The notes under the pieces: generated by a model | Seen by the model: only the letters and a program-made list of their open reading frames with translations | What the model was told of the DNA's origin: nothing | The model's database searches: none | Translations under genes and position numbers: made by a program | Assembly: GCA_019058015.1 (NCBI GenBank) | Contig: JAHLWH010000262.1 | Location: forward strand, 1-10,029 | Source of the DNA: Promethearchaeota archaeon | GTDB lineage: Archaea > Asgardarchaeota > Lokiarchaeia > Sigyniarchaeales > SOKP01 | DNA: 10,029 nucleotides | Direction: 5' to 3' | Shown: piece after piece, positions 1 through 7,631 of the stretch | Layout: the number at the start of each line of letters is the position of its first letter | Numbering within the stretch: the stretch's first letter is position 1

Positions 1-537
1 CCCTTTTTCAAATAAAATTTCTCCAATTTTATTCAATTGAAAAGCAATTTCAATTATATCACCAAATTGCTCGCTAATTTTCAGAGCTCGTCTGTAATAT
101 CCAAGGGATTCATCAAGTTTACCTTTTTCAAATAAAATTTCTCCAATTTTATTTAATATTGTAGGTTTTCCCTCTAAATCACCCAATTGTTTATTAATGT
201 CCAAGACAAGTTGGAAATATCTTAAGGCTTTATTATATTCGCTTCTATCGAGTAAAATATTACCAATACTATCTAATATAAAGTATTTTCCTCTCAAGTC
301 GCCTAACTGTTCGACAATTTTCAAAGCACGCTGACAATATCTGAAAGCATTGTCGAGATCGCCCCTATCACGTAAAATTTTGCTAATATTATTTAATATA
401 GGGGCCATTCCTTTCAAAAAATTTAGTTTTTCGACAATGTCCAAAGCGCGTTGGAAGTATTTGAGAGCTTCGTCTCGATTGCCTTTTTCATATAAATCTT
501 CTCCGGTTCTATTTAGTTGAAACGCATTTTCAATCAA
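1..537 (-). CDS. Tetratricopeptide-like repeat protein with 40-aa repeats (TPR_12/MalT-TPR-like); 3' end runs off the window
   Basis: Translated by hand; absent from the ORF track. Frame is open from TTG at 537 to position 1 (179 codons): MIENAFQLNRTGEDLYEKGNRDEALKYFQRALDIVEKLNF / LKGMAPILNNISKILRDRGDLDNAFRYCQRALKIVEQLGD / LRGKYFILDSIGNILLDRSEYNKALRYFQLVLDINKQLGD / LEGKPTILNKIGEILFEKGKLDESLGYYRRALKISEQFGD / IIEIAFQLNKIGEILFEKG. Matches the LNxIG..G..AL.Y.QRAL TPR pattern. The start is uncertain because an in-frame TAA lies at 555-553. Confidence 0.9.
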   Translation of the reverse strand, partial: MIENAFQLNRTGEDLYEKGNRDEALKYFQRALDIVEKLNFLKGMAPILNNISKILRDRGDLDNAFRYCQRALKIVEQLGDLRGKYFILDSIGNILLDRSEYNKALRYFQLVLDINKQLGDLEGKPTILNKIGEILFEKGKLDESLGYYRRALKISEQFGDIIEIAFQLNKIGEILFEKG

Positions 538-540
538 ATC
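1..540. repeat. Degenerate 120-bp intragenic tandem repeat (TPR units)
   Basis: Positions 2-33 and 122-153 are identical over 32 bp. Positions 1-60 and 481-540 match at 47/60. The 120-bp period equals 40 codons. Confidence 0.85.
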
Positions 541-605
541 TCTCTTCTCATTTTATAAAGAATTTTGTATTTCTATATATTTATTATGTAAATTCTTTCT
601 AACAA

Positions 606-1391
606 TTAAAAATTAAGGTGTTGTTCAATATTTTTCCCGCACGATATACAGAATTTTAAATTTTTGGATTTTGGCATTTTAATTCCACAAAAAGGGCAAT
701 ATACAAATACAGAAATATCTTCACCTAACCCAGAAATTTGATCTTTGAGAATTTTAGTCTGTATGGCATATTCAGGAATTTTTGGAGCGGGAGGCGTAAT
801 GGGATAGACTTGATAATCAATTACAGGTTTTTCTAGATAGATGGGAATTTCAAAGACACCTCCATGCCGATAAAAATCTTCAGGATCTAGTTTTTCAAAA
901 ACTGGTGATTCTAATTTAGTGGTAAATAGATATTTGCCATTAAGGGGGATTGAGGATAGATTTTGATACTGGAGCTGATGGGAATCTCCTTCAAATTCTG
1001 CGTGTATGATTTGGGGAAGAGCAAAATTGAATACACCATTCCCATGAATGGGGTCATTTTGATTATTCCATTGTTTTCTTAACATGAGCTCCTTTAAAGC
1101 ATCTTTATCCACGCTGGGCACTTGTATTTTGATGGTTGAAACTTTATTATCTTTCTCAATAGATGTGTGGAGCTCATCACCAAGATATGCATATTTGAGA
1201 TTTTTTTCTTGATCTTCCTTGATATGTTCGAAAAGGTTGGAAACCCAGTGATTTGCAGTCCCGTTATAATCTGGACTTTTCACATTAATCTTAATTTGTT
1301 TTTGATCGATCTTTTGCTTAATTTTTTCTACAATTCTTTTTCCCACATAACTGGCGATAGGAGATAACAATGCAATAGTGATTTGTGCCAA
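606..1391 (-). CDS. Hypothetical protein with C-terminal zinc ribbon (CPFCG...FCISCG)
   Basis: 261-aa ORF with a TTG start and an upstream AGAGGT SD-like motif (1407-1402). Ends in CPFC-x12-CISC after a Pro-rich linker (PITPPAPKIP). The N-terminal ~190 aa were not recognised. Confidence 0.8.
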   Translation of the reverse strand: MAQITIALLSPIASYVGKRIVEKIKQKIDQKQIKINVKSPDYNGTANHWVSNLFEHIKEDQEKNLKYAYLGDELHTSIEKDNKVSTIKIQVPSVDKDALKELMLRKQWNNQNDPIHGNGVFNFALPQIIHAEFEGDSHQLQYQNLSSIPLNGKYLFTTKLESPVFEKLDPEDFYRHGGVFEIPIYLEKPVIDYQVYPITPPAPKIPEYAIQTKILKDQISGLGEDISVFVYCPFCGIKMPKSKNLKFCISCGKNIEQHLNF

Positions 1392-1551
1392 TGTCTTATA
1401 TACCTCTTTTATTTTTCAATGAGTATAAACCCTCTTTAAATAACTTTATGAATGCTTTAAGCAATAATATTATTATAATAAAATATAAATTATTGAATTA
1501 TAAAAATTTGTAAAAAATAATTAAAAATGAAAAGTTCAGGTTGATATTTTA

Positions 1552-2181
1552 TTGATAAATTGTCGGTTTTTGGGTAATGCTTGTATAGAATTGATTGGTA
1601 AAAAAGATCATATTATTATTGACCCCGTATTTTTATCCCCTCCCCAAGAAGGAATTGGAAGGGTTTTTATAACGCATGAGCATTCAGATCACATTAATGT
1701 AGATAAACTTGATGAAATTTGTGTAAAATATACGGAAAACCCAGAATGGCTTGCAATTTATGGTCCAAAAATTGTATGCGACCATTTTCAATTCAATATT
1801 TTAGAAGTTGAGCCGAAAACTAAAGTTAATCTAAATGATGGTATTGTGGAGGTTTTCGAGAACGAGTGTTGGAAGTCGGAGGGATGTGTTGCATATTTAA
1901 TTGAGATTGGTGGAAAGAGGATATTGCATACTGCAGATTCTGCGAAGTTTTCGGACCAATTAAGAGCGATTAAAGCCGAAATTGATTGTTGTTTTGTTGC
2001 TTGTTTTGAGAGTAATTTTAATGATTACTTGGATTTTATAAAGAAAATATCACCAAAATTAATAATTCCATACCATTTTACCAATGAAAAGGTAGATAGT
2101 GCTAGGAAATTAGTTGAATTTTTTAAAAAAAATGGTATCAACACTCAATTTTTAAAAATCGGGGACCAATTTGAATTTTAA
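1552..2181 (+). CDS. MBL-fold metallo-hydrolase (UPF0173/UlaG-like)
   Basis: 209 aa. Shows the MBL motifs IIIDP, THEHSDH (HxHxDH), HTAD and IIPYH. TTG start. Confidence 0.9.
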   Translation: MINCRFLGNACIELIGKKDHIIIDPVFLSPPQEGIGRVFITHEHSDHINVDKLDEICVKYTENPEWLAIYGPKIVCDHFQFNILEVEPKTKVNLNDGIVEVFENECWKSEGCVAYLIEIGGKRILHTADSAKFSDQLRAIKAEIDCCFVACFESNFNDYLDFIKKISPKLIIPYHFTNEKVDSARKLVEFFKKNGINTQFLKIGDQFEF

Positions 2182-2191
2182 TCTATGTATT

Positions 2192-2338
2192 TTATATCTC
2201 AATAATTCTTAAGATTTCATCTACTTCTCTATCACAAGAATTACATCTATGTATTAGATACAATGTATTATCCCTTATTCCAATTATTTCAATTTCCATT
2301 ATTTGCTTACAATATTTGCATCGTTTGGTGTTAACCAT
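2192..2338 (-). CDS. 48-aa zinc-ribbon microprotein (CxxC-x21-CxxC), below the ORF-track length cutoff
   Basis: ATG at 2338-2336 to TAA at 2194-2192: MVNTKRCKYCKQIMEIEIIGIRDNTLYLIHRCNSCDREVDEILRIIEI. Starts 5 nt after the antitoxin stop and fills the gap to the convergent MBL gene (10 nt). Confidence 0.75.
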   Translation of the reverse strand: MVNTKRCKYCKQIMEIEIIGIRDNTLYLIHRCNSCDREVDEILRIIEI

Positions 2339-2343
2339 TATAT

Positions 2344-2571
2344 TCACTTGTTAATTATTTCGTTTTTTCGGTCTTTATAAATATCTTCTAAAATTTGATC
2401 CCATTCATTATCTTCTTTTAAGCAACCAGCGAGTTCTTCCAAATTTTTACCTCGTGTTTGTTTTTCTTGTAATAGGTGAGTGATAAGTTCTGAAAATGAT
2501 TCTCCTTTACGTTTTTGTTTTTTTAAAAATGAATAAAGATTTTCAGATAAGGAAATTGTTTTTTTACTCAT
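2344..2571 (-). CDS. vapB: Archaeal VapB-family (DUF217/RHH-like) antitoxin with no adjacent PIN toxin
   Basis: 75 aa from ATG at 2571: MSKKTISLSENLYSFLKKQKRKGESFSELITHLL..., matching the KTIxLS..Y..L...K..ESFS pattern. Acidic C-terminus. Identical to the VapB at 7394-7621 in 18 of the first 34 residues. TTTATATA (2602-2595) lies 24-31 nt upstream of the ATG. Confidence 0.85.
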   Translation of the reverse strand: MSKKTISLSENLYSFLKKQKRKGESFSELITHLLQEKQTRGKNLEELAGCLKEDNEWDQILEDIYKDRKNEIINK

Positions 2572-2591
2572 AATAAAAGCATAAAAATAAA

Positions 2592-3215
2592 TTATATATA
2601 AATGAAAATAGTCGTAATACTTTCTGAATATATTTGCAAATACATTTCTACGGCATATAATATTGTAAATACCAAAACAAACCATTTGTTATTTATAGTT
2701 TTCCAAACTTTGGGCGGTAAGTTCCATAGAATTCTATTCCCAGATTTATAAAACCTTATCAATATATTCTCAATAATTACGCCCACAATGAGACCAACTA
2801 TTGGAGATGTATAGTTAGATTCATCAAGAATGTTTAATGACCAAAATATTATCGTTGTGATAATATTAGGGAATAAAGCAATAATGAAATTTAAGCTGGG
2901 ATTTAAAAATCCTTTAATTAACAAAACAAAGACTAAAGCAAATAACATTCCGATGCCAAAAATTTGATGGGAATACAGTATCATCATAGAAGGCTCATTG
3001 ATTGCGATATTAATTAAAAAGTTAATTTGAATGACACATGTTTGTATAATTATCAATGAGAACCAAAAAAAGAACCAGAAAGAGCCATCTTTAATTGGGG
3101 ATTCCTCCTCTTTATGACCACCTAGCCACCTCAGTTTTTCGATATCTCTGCAAAGTAAGATTATAAATCCAATAATAAATGTCATATAAATTGTGCCTTC
3201 TATCATTTTCTTCAT
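2592..3215 (-). CDS. Hypothetical integral membrane protein (~6 TM segments)
   Basis: About six long hydrophobic stretches. Start reassigned from 3239 to ATG 3215 (MKKMIEG..., 207 aa) because it forms an ATGA overlap with the upstream stop (3214-3212) and follows GAGGAAGGG. Confidence 0.8.
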   Translation of the reverse strand: MKKMIEGTIYMTFIIGFIILLCRDIEKLRWLGGHKEEESPIKDGSFWFFFWFSLIIIQTCVIQINFLINIAINEPSMMILYSHQIFGIGMLFALVFVLLIKGFLNPSLNFIIALFPNIITTIIFWSLNILDESNYTSPIVGLIVGVIIENILIRFYKSGNRILWNLPPKVWKTINNKWFVLVFTILYAVEMYLQIYSESITTIFIYI

Positions 3216-4456
3216 CCCTTCCTCGGTGTTAGTTGACATTCATCAATAATAATTCCATTATGGCTAATACATTTAAAATATAATTGTGATCCATCGATTG
3301 CAATAGTGCAATATTGAAATGTTATTGCGCTTTTTTTAGTATTTGGATTCGTTGGATTTATAGTTCTACTCAATTCTGCCCCACCTCCACCGGATATTAT
3401 ATAAGTAATATCATTAACTTGCACTCTTGCATAATGATGGATATGACCGGATATATACATATCTACATTGTATTTATTGAATGAATTTTCGAAAGCATTT
3501 CCTATTCTGCTACTTCTTCCTCCTTCTGAATATAAAGGATAATGTCCAAACACAATAATCCAATCAATATTTTCGTCGGCATTTACCATTTCAAGCGTTT
3601 TATTAAGCCATTCTATTTGTGTTTCTGTTGTTTCGCCATCATTTGTATCAAGAGAGATAAAGGCTGCATTACTGTAATTAAATGCATAATAATTCTCAGG
3701 TTCCGGATATTCCATATAATGTTTATATGTTTTTCCCTTATCTTCAAAACCAAATAGCCATTGATATTCATCCCATTCATGATTTCCTAGCCCTATTTCA
3801 ATAGGAATTCCTTTTTGAGCACATTCTCTTACTTCATAAAACCATCTATCCCAATGTCCAGTAATTCCCGGACCCATAACCATATCCCCCACATTTAAAA
3901 TAAAATTTGGTTGTTCTTTTAAAGCCTTCTTCAAAATATATATATGTTTAGTATTACCCCAAATATCTGGGCGTGTATCTCCTAAAATACTAAACTTGAA
4001 TGGCTTTTTTTCAGTAGGTATAGGACCAGTTTGAAATGAGTAAGTTTTATCTAAAAATGGATAATTTAAACTTGAATCAGAGCTATTTAATTTCCAATAA
4101 TAAATTGTGTCAGGATTCAAGTTAGTAAGGTTAAAAAAATGAAGGTTGGTAGATATTGATTCTTCTACGGAGGATTCAAAAGATTCATTATTTTCACCAT
4201 AATTTAAAATCAATTTGCAATCCACTGGTGTTCCACATGATAATCCCATTGAGTTTTGTGGATCGCCGATATAATACATATAAGGCCACTTTAAATTTGG
4301 TTGTAATGTCCATAAACCAATTTGAAAAATTTGCATGCCAAAAAATCCGATAACAAGTAATAAGAAAAACACACCTGCTTTTTTAGCTCTAATGATATGC
4401 GTATTAATTTTCTTTAGCTCTTTCTTTACACTTGATAATTCGATATTATTTGTCAT
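3212..4456 (-). CDS. Membrane-anchored calcineurin-like metallophosphoesterase (purple acid phosphatase-like, FN3-like N-domain)
   Basis: 414 aa. Basic N-terminus followed by one TM (GVFFLLLVIGFFGMQIFQIGLW); FN3-like LTNLNPDTIYYW; metal motifs GDTR, VGDMV, GNHE, GHYP and SGHIHHY. Confidence 0.9.
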   Translation of the reverse strand: MTNNIELSSVKKELKKINTHIIRAKKAGVFFLLLVIGFFGMQIFQIGLWTLQPNLKWPYMYYIGDPQNSMGLSCGTPVDCKLILNYGENNESFESSVEESISTNLHFFNLTNLNPDTIYYWKLNSSDSSLNYPFLDKTYSFQTGPIPTEKKPFKFSILGDTRPDIWGNTKHIYILKKALKEQPNFILNVGDMVMGPGITGHWDRWFYEVRECAQKGIPIEIGLGNHEWDEYQWLFGFEDKGKTYKHYMEYPEPENYYAFNYSNAAFISLDTNDGETTETQIEWLNKTLEMVNADENIDWIIVFGHYPLYSEGGRSSRIGNAFENSFNKYNVDMYISGHIHHYARVQVNDITYIISGGGGAELSRTINPTNPNTKKSAITFQYCTIAIDGSQLYFKCISHNGIIIDECQLTPRKG

Positions 4457-4464
4457 TTCTATTC

Positions 4465-4479
4465 GAAAAGATTCTTTTC
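4465..4479. promoter_or_regulatory. Palindrome GAAAAGA-T-TCTTTTC, candidate transcription-factor site
   Basis: Perfect 7-1-7 inverted repeat just upstream of the phosphoesterase ATG (4456). The same 13-bp core occurs at 8658-8670. Confidence 0.35.
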
Positions 4480-4609
4480 ATAAAAATACTCTTCAAATTT
4501 CATATTAAGTTAAAAAAATAATGAATAATTAAAATAATCATTGAAATTAAATACATTAAATTTGTTTATTTTTCTTTATTTCTTTTATTAAAAAGGTGAA
4601 AAAGATTAT

Positions 4610-5962
4610 ATGGATGCAATGAGTTTTCTAAAGAAGTATGTAAAACCTGCTACGGGATGTACAGAACCGATTGCTGTTGGATATGCTACTTCTTTAGCGT
4701 ATCATGCGATTTTTAATGATATAATAAAAGTCGATGAGAATGACAACTTTATTTTTAAAAATCTCCCTTCAGAGATTGAAATTGATAAAATCAAACAAAT
4801 CTCCATAAAAACTGACCTAAACGTGTATAAAAATGCTTATTCAAATGTAATTCCGGGGACTAATGGTCAAAAGGGAATGGCAGTCGCATCAGCAATGGGA
4901 TTATTTAGCGATCCCAGAAAAAAATTAAACCTTTTTGAAGGAATTTCGTCAGAATCAATTCAAAAAGCTAAGCAAATCCTAAAAAGCAATAAAATCATTA
5001 TAAAAAAAATCGATAAATGGAGTGATAAACCTAATCTTGATATTCAAGTGACCTTAGAATATCAAGTTAATAATAAAAATAAAACCGCTTATGTAAGGAT
5101 ACAAAAAGATCACGATAATGCAACTGAAATTAGAGTTGATGATATAATTTTATTTGAAGGTTCTTGGAAAAAAGAAGTAGAAGATGAGGAGAAATTTCCC
5201 AATAAAATCGAAGAACTCTTCAAGGTCGCTCGATCCATAACTTCTGAAGAAATAGAGGAAGTCTATAAAGGTATAATAATGAATAAAAAAGTTGCCGAAG
5301 AAGGTATAAACGGCAATTATGGGATACGAGTTGGTAGAGCTTTACAAGAAATTGCCCAGCAGAATGGATTCGAGAATAATTTAATCACTCAAGTACAAAT
5401 CAGAGTTGGGTCGGCGGGAGATGCTCGGATGGGTGGTGCAAATATACCTGTAATGACAACTTCAGGATCAGGAAATCTAGGTATTATAGCAATCATCCCA
5501 ATCACTGCTGTGGGTGAAATGAAAAATATTAATAAAGAAAAAATTTGTGAAGCAATACTATTCTCACATTTTATCACTAAATTGACAGATATATCTTGTG
5601 GTCATTTATCTGCACTCTGTGGTTGTGCAATTAAAGCAGGGTTCGGTGCTGCAGCGGGTATTACCTATTTACTTGGTGGTTCTCTTGAACAGATTCATGC
5701 AGCAATCAATTTAATGGCTGCAAATAATACAGGGTTTATATGTGATGGAGCAAAAGAAAGTTGTGCTCTCAAATTATCTACAGCAGCTGGTACTGCAACT
5801 GAATGCGCTCTAATGGTTCTTAATGGAATGAAAGTATCTCCTGATAATGGTATCATTTTTGAAAATGCAGAAGATACAATTAAGGCAATCGGTCAAATCT
5901 CCCATTCTATGGCATCAACAGATGTAGAAATCCTTAAGATAATACAAGAGAAAAACTCATAA
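4610..5962 (+). CDS. cyuA: L-cysteine desulfidase (CyuA/YhaM/CdsB family, serine dehydratase-like, Fe-S)
   Basis: 450 aa with the family motifs PATGCTEP, KNAYSNVIPGT, DARMGG, SGSGNLG, LSALCGC and CDGAKESCALK. SD AGGTGA at 4594-4599. Confidence 0.88.
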   Translation: MDAMSFLKKYVKPATGCTEPIAVGYATSLAYHAIFNDIIKVDENDNFIFKNLPSEIEIDKIKQISIKTDLNVYKNAYSNVIPGTNGQKGMAVASAMGLFSDPRKKLNLFEGISSESIQKAKQILKSNKIIIKKIDKWSDKPNLDIQVTLEYQVNNKNKTAYVRIQKDHDNATEIRVDDIILFEGSWKKEVEDEEKFPNKIEELFKVARSITSEEIEEVYKGIIMNKKVAEEGINGNYGIRVGRALQEIAQQNGFENNLITQVQIRVGSAGDARMGGANIPVMTTSGSGNLGIIAIIPITAVGEMKNINKEKICEAILFSHFITKLTDISCGHLSALCGCAIKAGFGAAAGITYLLGGSLEQIHAAINLMAANNTGFICDGAKESCALKLSTAAGTATECALMVLNGMKVSPDNGIIFENAEDTIKAIGQISHSMASTDVEILKIIQEKNS

Positions 5963-6027
5963 TAATAAGATAAAAATATTTGAAAGAGAACAAAAGTTTT
6001 TGAACTTAGATTCTTTCTTTTTTCTTT

Positions 6028-6738
6028 ATGATAGAAGCGCTATATTTGAATGATTCTTATTTGAAATCTTGGACTGCTAAAGTTATTGGTGTTAAAGATG
6101 GGAAATTTATAGTCCTTGATAAAACGGCTTTTTATCCTAATAGTGGCGGTCAGCCATGGGATGAAGGGTATATTGTTAAAAATGGTGAAAAATTCAGAGT
6201 TGTTTACGTTGGTAAGTTCTCGGGTAAAATAAGTCTTGAGGTTGATAAAGTTGGTTTGAATGAGGGTGATGAAGTTTCTTGCGAGCTTGATTGGGAAAGA
6301 CGCTATACTTTAATGCGCCATCATACTGCGGCCCACCTTTTAAGTGCAATTATTTACAAGAATTTTCATGCTAAAATTACCGGTAATCAGTTGGGTGTTA
6401 ATAGATCTAGAATGGATTTTTCAATGAGGGATTATTCAATTGAAAAGCTGCGTGCTACTATTGATGAAGCAAATAAAATAATAGAGAAAGATTTGCCTGT
6501 TTCTTCTTATTATATTTCCAGGGAGGAAGCATTGCAAAAAGTGGAGCTTACACATCTTGCCAAAGGATTGCCTGAAGATGTTAAAGAAATACGTATAATA
6601 AAAATTGGAGATGTTGACGAGCAAGCAGACGCTGGGACTCATGTAAAACATTTGAAAGAAATCGGTAAGATTGAATTATTAAAGACTGATAATAAAGGAA
6701 GAAATAATAGGAGAATGTATTTTGTTCTTAATAAATAG
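6028..6738 (+). CDS. alaXM: Free-standing alanyl-tRNA editing protein, AlaX-M type
   Basis: 236 aa. N-terminal LYLNDSY and LDKTAFYPNSGGQPWDEG; HxxxH in MRHHTAAH; QADAGTHV and EIG; C-terminal NKGRNNRRMY. Confidence 0.93.
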   Translation: MIEALYLNDSYLKSWTAKVIGVKDGKFIVLDKTAFYPNSGGQPWDEGYIVKNGEKFRVVYVGKFSGKISLEVDKVGLNEGDEVSCELDWERRYTLMRHHTAAHLLSAIIYKNFHAKITGNQLGVNRSRMDFSMRDYSIEKLRATIDEANKIIEKDLPVSSYYISREEALQKVELTHLAKGLPEDVKEIRIIKIGDVDEQADAGTHVKHLKEIGKIELLKTDNKGRNNRRMYFVLNK

Positions 6739-6935
6739 AGAATTGAATATTCATCTTTAATATTAACTGAAATAATGTTTTGATCTTTTTAAATATTCAT
6801 GTTTATTGCAAGAATCTTTCTTTTGAATACTTATATTCAAGAACTGGATAATCTTATCAAGAAAAAAACAAGTCTTGGTAAAAAATAATTTTTATATAGA
6901 AAGAAATCGATTTTTACTAAAAATATCAATTTATG

Positions 6936-6979
6936 GATAAGATTCCTTCCCAAATAAAAGAGCGGATGGGAATTATGCC
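6936..6979. repeat. 44-bp imperfect direct repeat, copy 1 (contains the vapC stop codon)
   Basis: gataagattccttcccaaataaaagagcggatgggaattatgcc. Ungapped match to 7695-7738 at 38/44. Confidence 0.9.
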
Positions 6980-7401
6980 CACAATTCAAGAAAATCAAAC
7001 TCAGAAAATTCATTGATTCGGGGAAAGTGCTTCTTATCATGTGTTATAAAATGTATTTTATTTGCTATTGCTATGGAAGCATTTAAAAGATCAAATTGTG
7101 AAACGCGCAAACCGCTCTTATCTAATTCTGCACAAATTTCGCCGTATATTCGACTTGAATTAGAATCTAATGATAGAATTTCGGTAAGATTAATAATAAG
7201 ATTATTTAATTTCTTTGATTCCAATATTCGTTTTGATTTGGATTTTAAACGATAAATTCCATACCAAAGTTCGCTTAAAGTTATTTGTGTAATTGTTAAA
7301 TCTATTCCTTGAGCAATTAAATCTTTAATCTTCTTAGTAATTTCTGGATTGTATCCTCTCAAAAAATTGATTACAACATCTGTATCTAGTAATTTAATCA
7401 T
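6973..7401 (-). CDS. vapC: VapC PIN-domain ribonuclease toxin
   Basis: 142 aa with the PIN acidic motifs LLDTDVVI, TLSELWYG, FDLLNASIA and ITHDKKHF. Overlaps the upstream vapB by 8 nt. Confidence 0.95.
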   Translation of the reverse strand: MIKLLDTDVVINFLRGYNPEITKKIKDLIAQGIDLTITQITLSELWYGIYRLKSKSKRILESKKLNNLIINLTEILSLDSNSSRIYGEICAELDKSGLRVSQFDLLNASIAIANKIHFITHDKKHFPRINEFSEFDFLELWA

Positions 7402-7621
7402 TATTTTCGAAACTTGTTAAATTTCCTTCTCTCATTTCTCTTATTTTTTCCAATAATCCATCCCACACTTCTGGATCAAATTGTTTTTCAAGAACTAACC
7501 AAGGATTCCCTTTCTTAGAAATTAATCTTTCGATTACTTTAGAGAAAGATTCCTTATCTTTTTTTTCTCTTTTTAATAATTTATAAGCTCGCTCTGATAA
7601 CGAGATGGTTTTTTGTGTCAT
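7394..7621 (-). CDS. vapB: VapB-family antitoxin (DUF217/RHH-like)
   Basis: 75 aa, MTQKTISLSERAYKLLKREKKDKESFSKVIERLI..., directly upstream of and overlapping the PIN toxin. Confidence 0.92.
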   Translation of the reverse strand: MTQKTISLSERAYKLLKREKKDKESFSKVIERLISKKGNPWLVLEKQFDPEVWDGLLEKIREMREGNLTSFENND

Positions 7622-7631
7622 AATTATTTAA

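Noticed and set aside
1392-1551. TATA-like tracts in the divergent intergenic region
   Set aside because: The region is too AT-rich to place specific promoters without transcript data.
2572-2685. 38-codon N-terminal extension of ORF 2344..2685
   Set aside because: It overlaps the membrane-protein gene in another frame. The VapB pattern and the paralogue alignment begin at Met 2571.
3212-4456. Selenocysteine readthrough at the phosphoesterase TGA
   Set aside because: The domain is complete before the TGA, and the codon is explained by the ATGA overlap with the next gene.
6799-6888. 29-aa + strand ORF MFIARIFLLNTYIQELDNLIKKKTSLGKK
   Set aside because: No SD, motif or other support. Such ORFs are expected by chance, although a gene remnant cannot be excluded.
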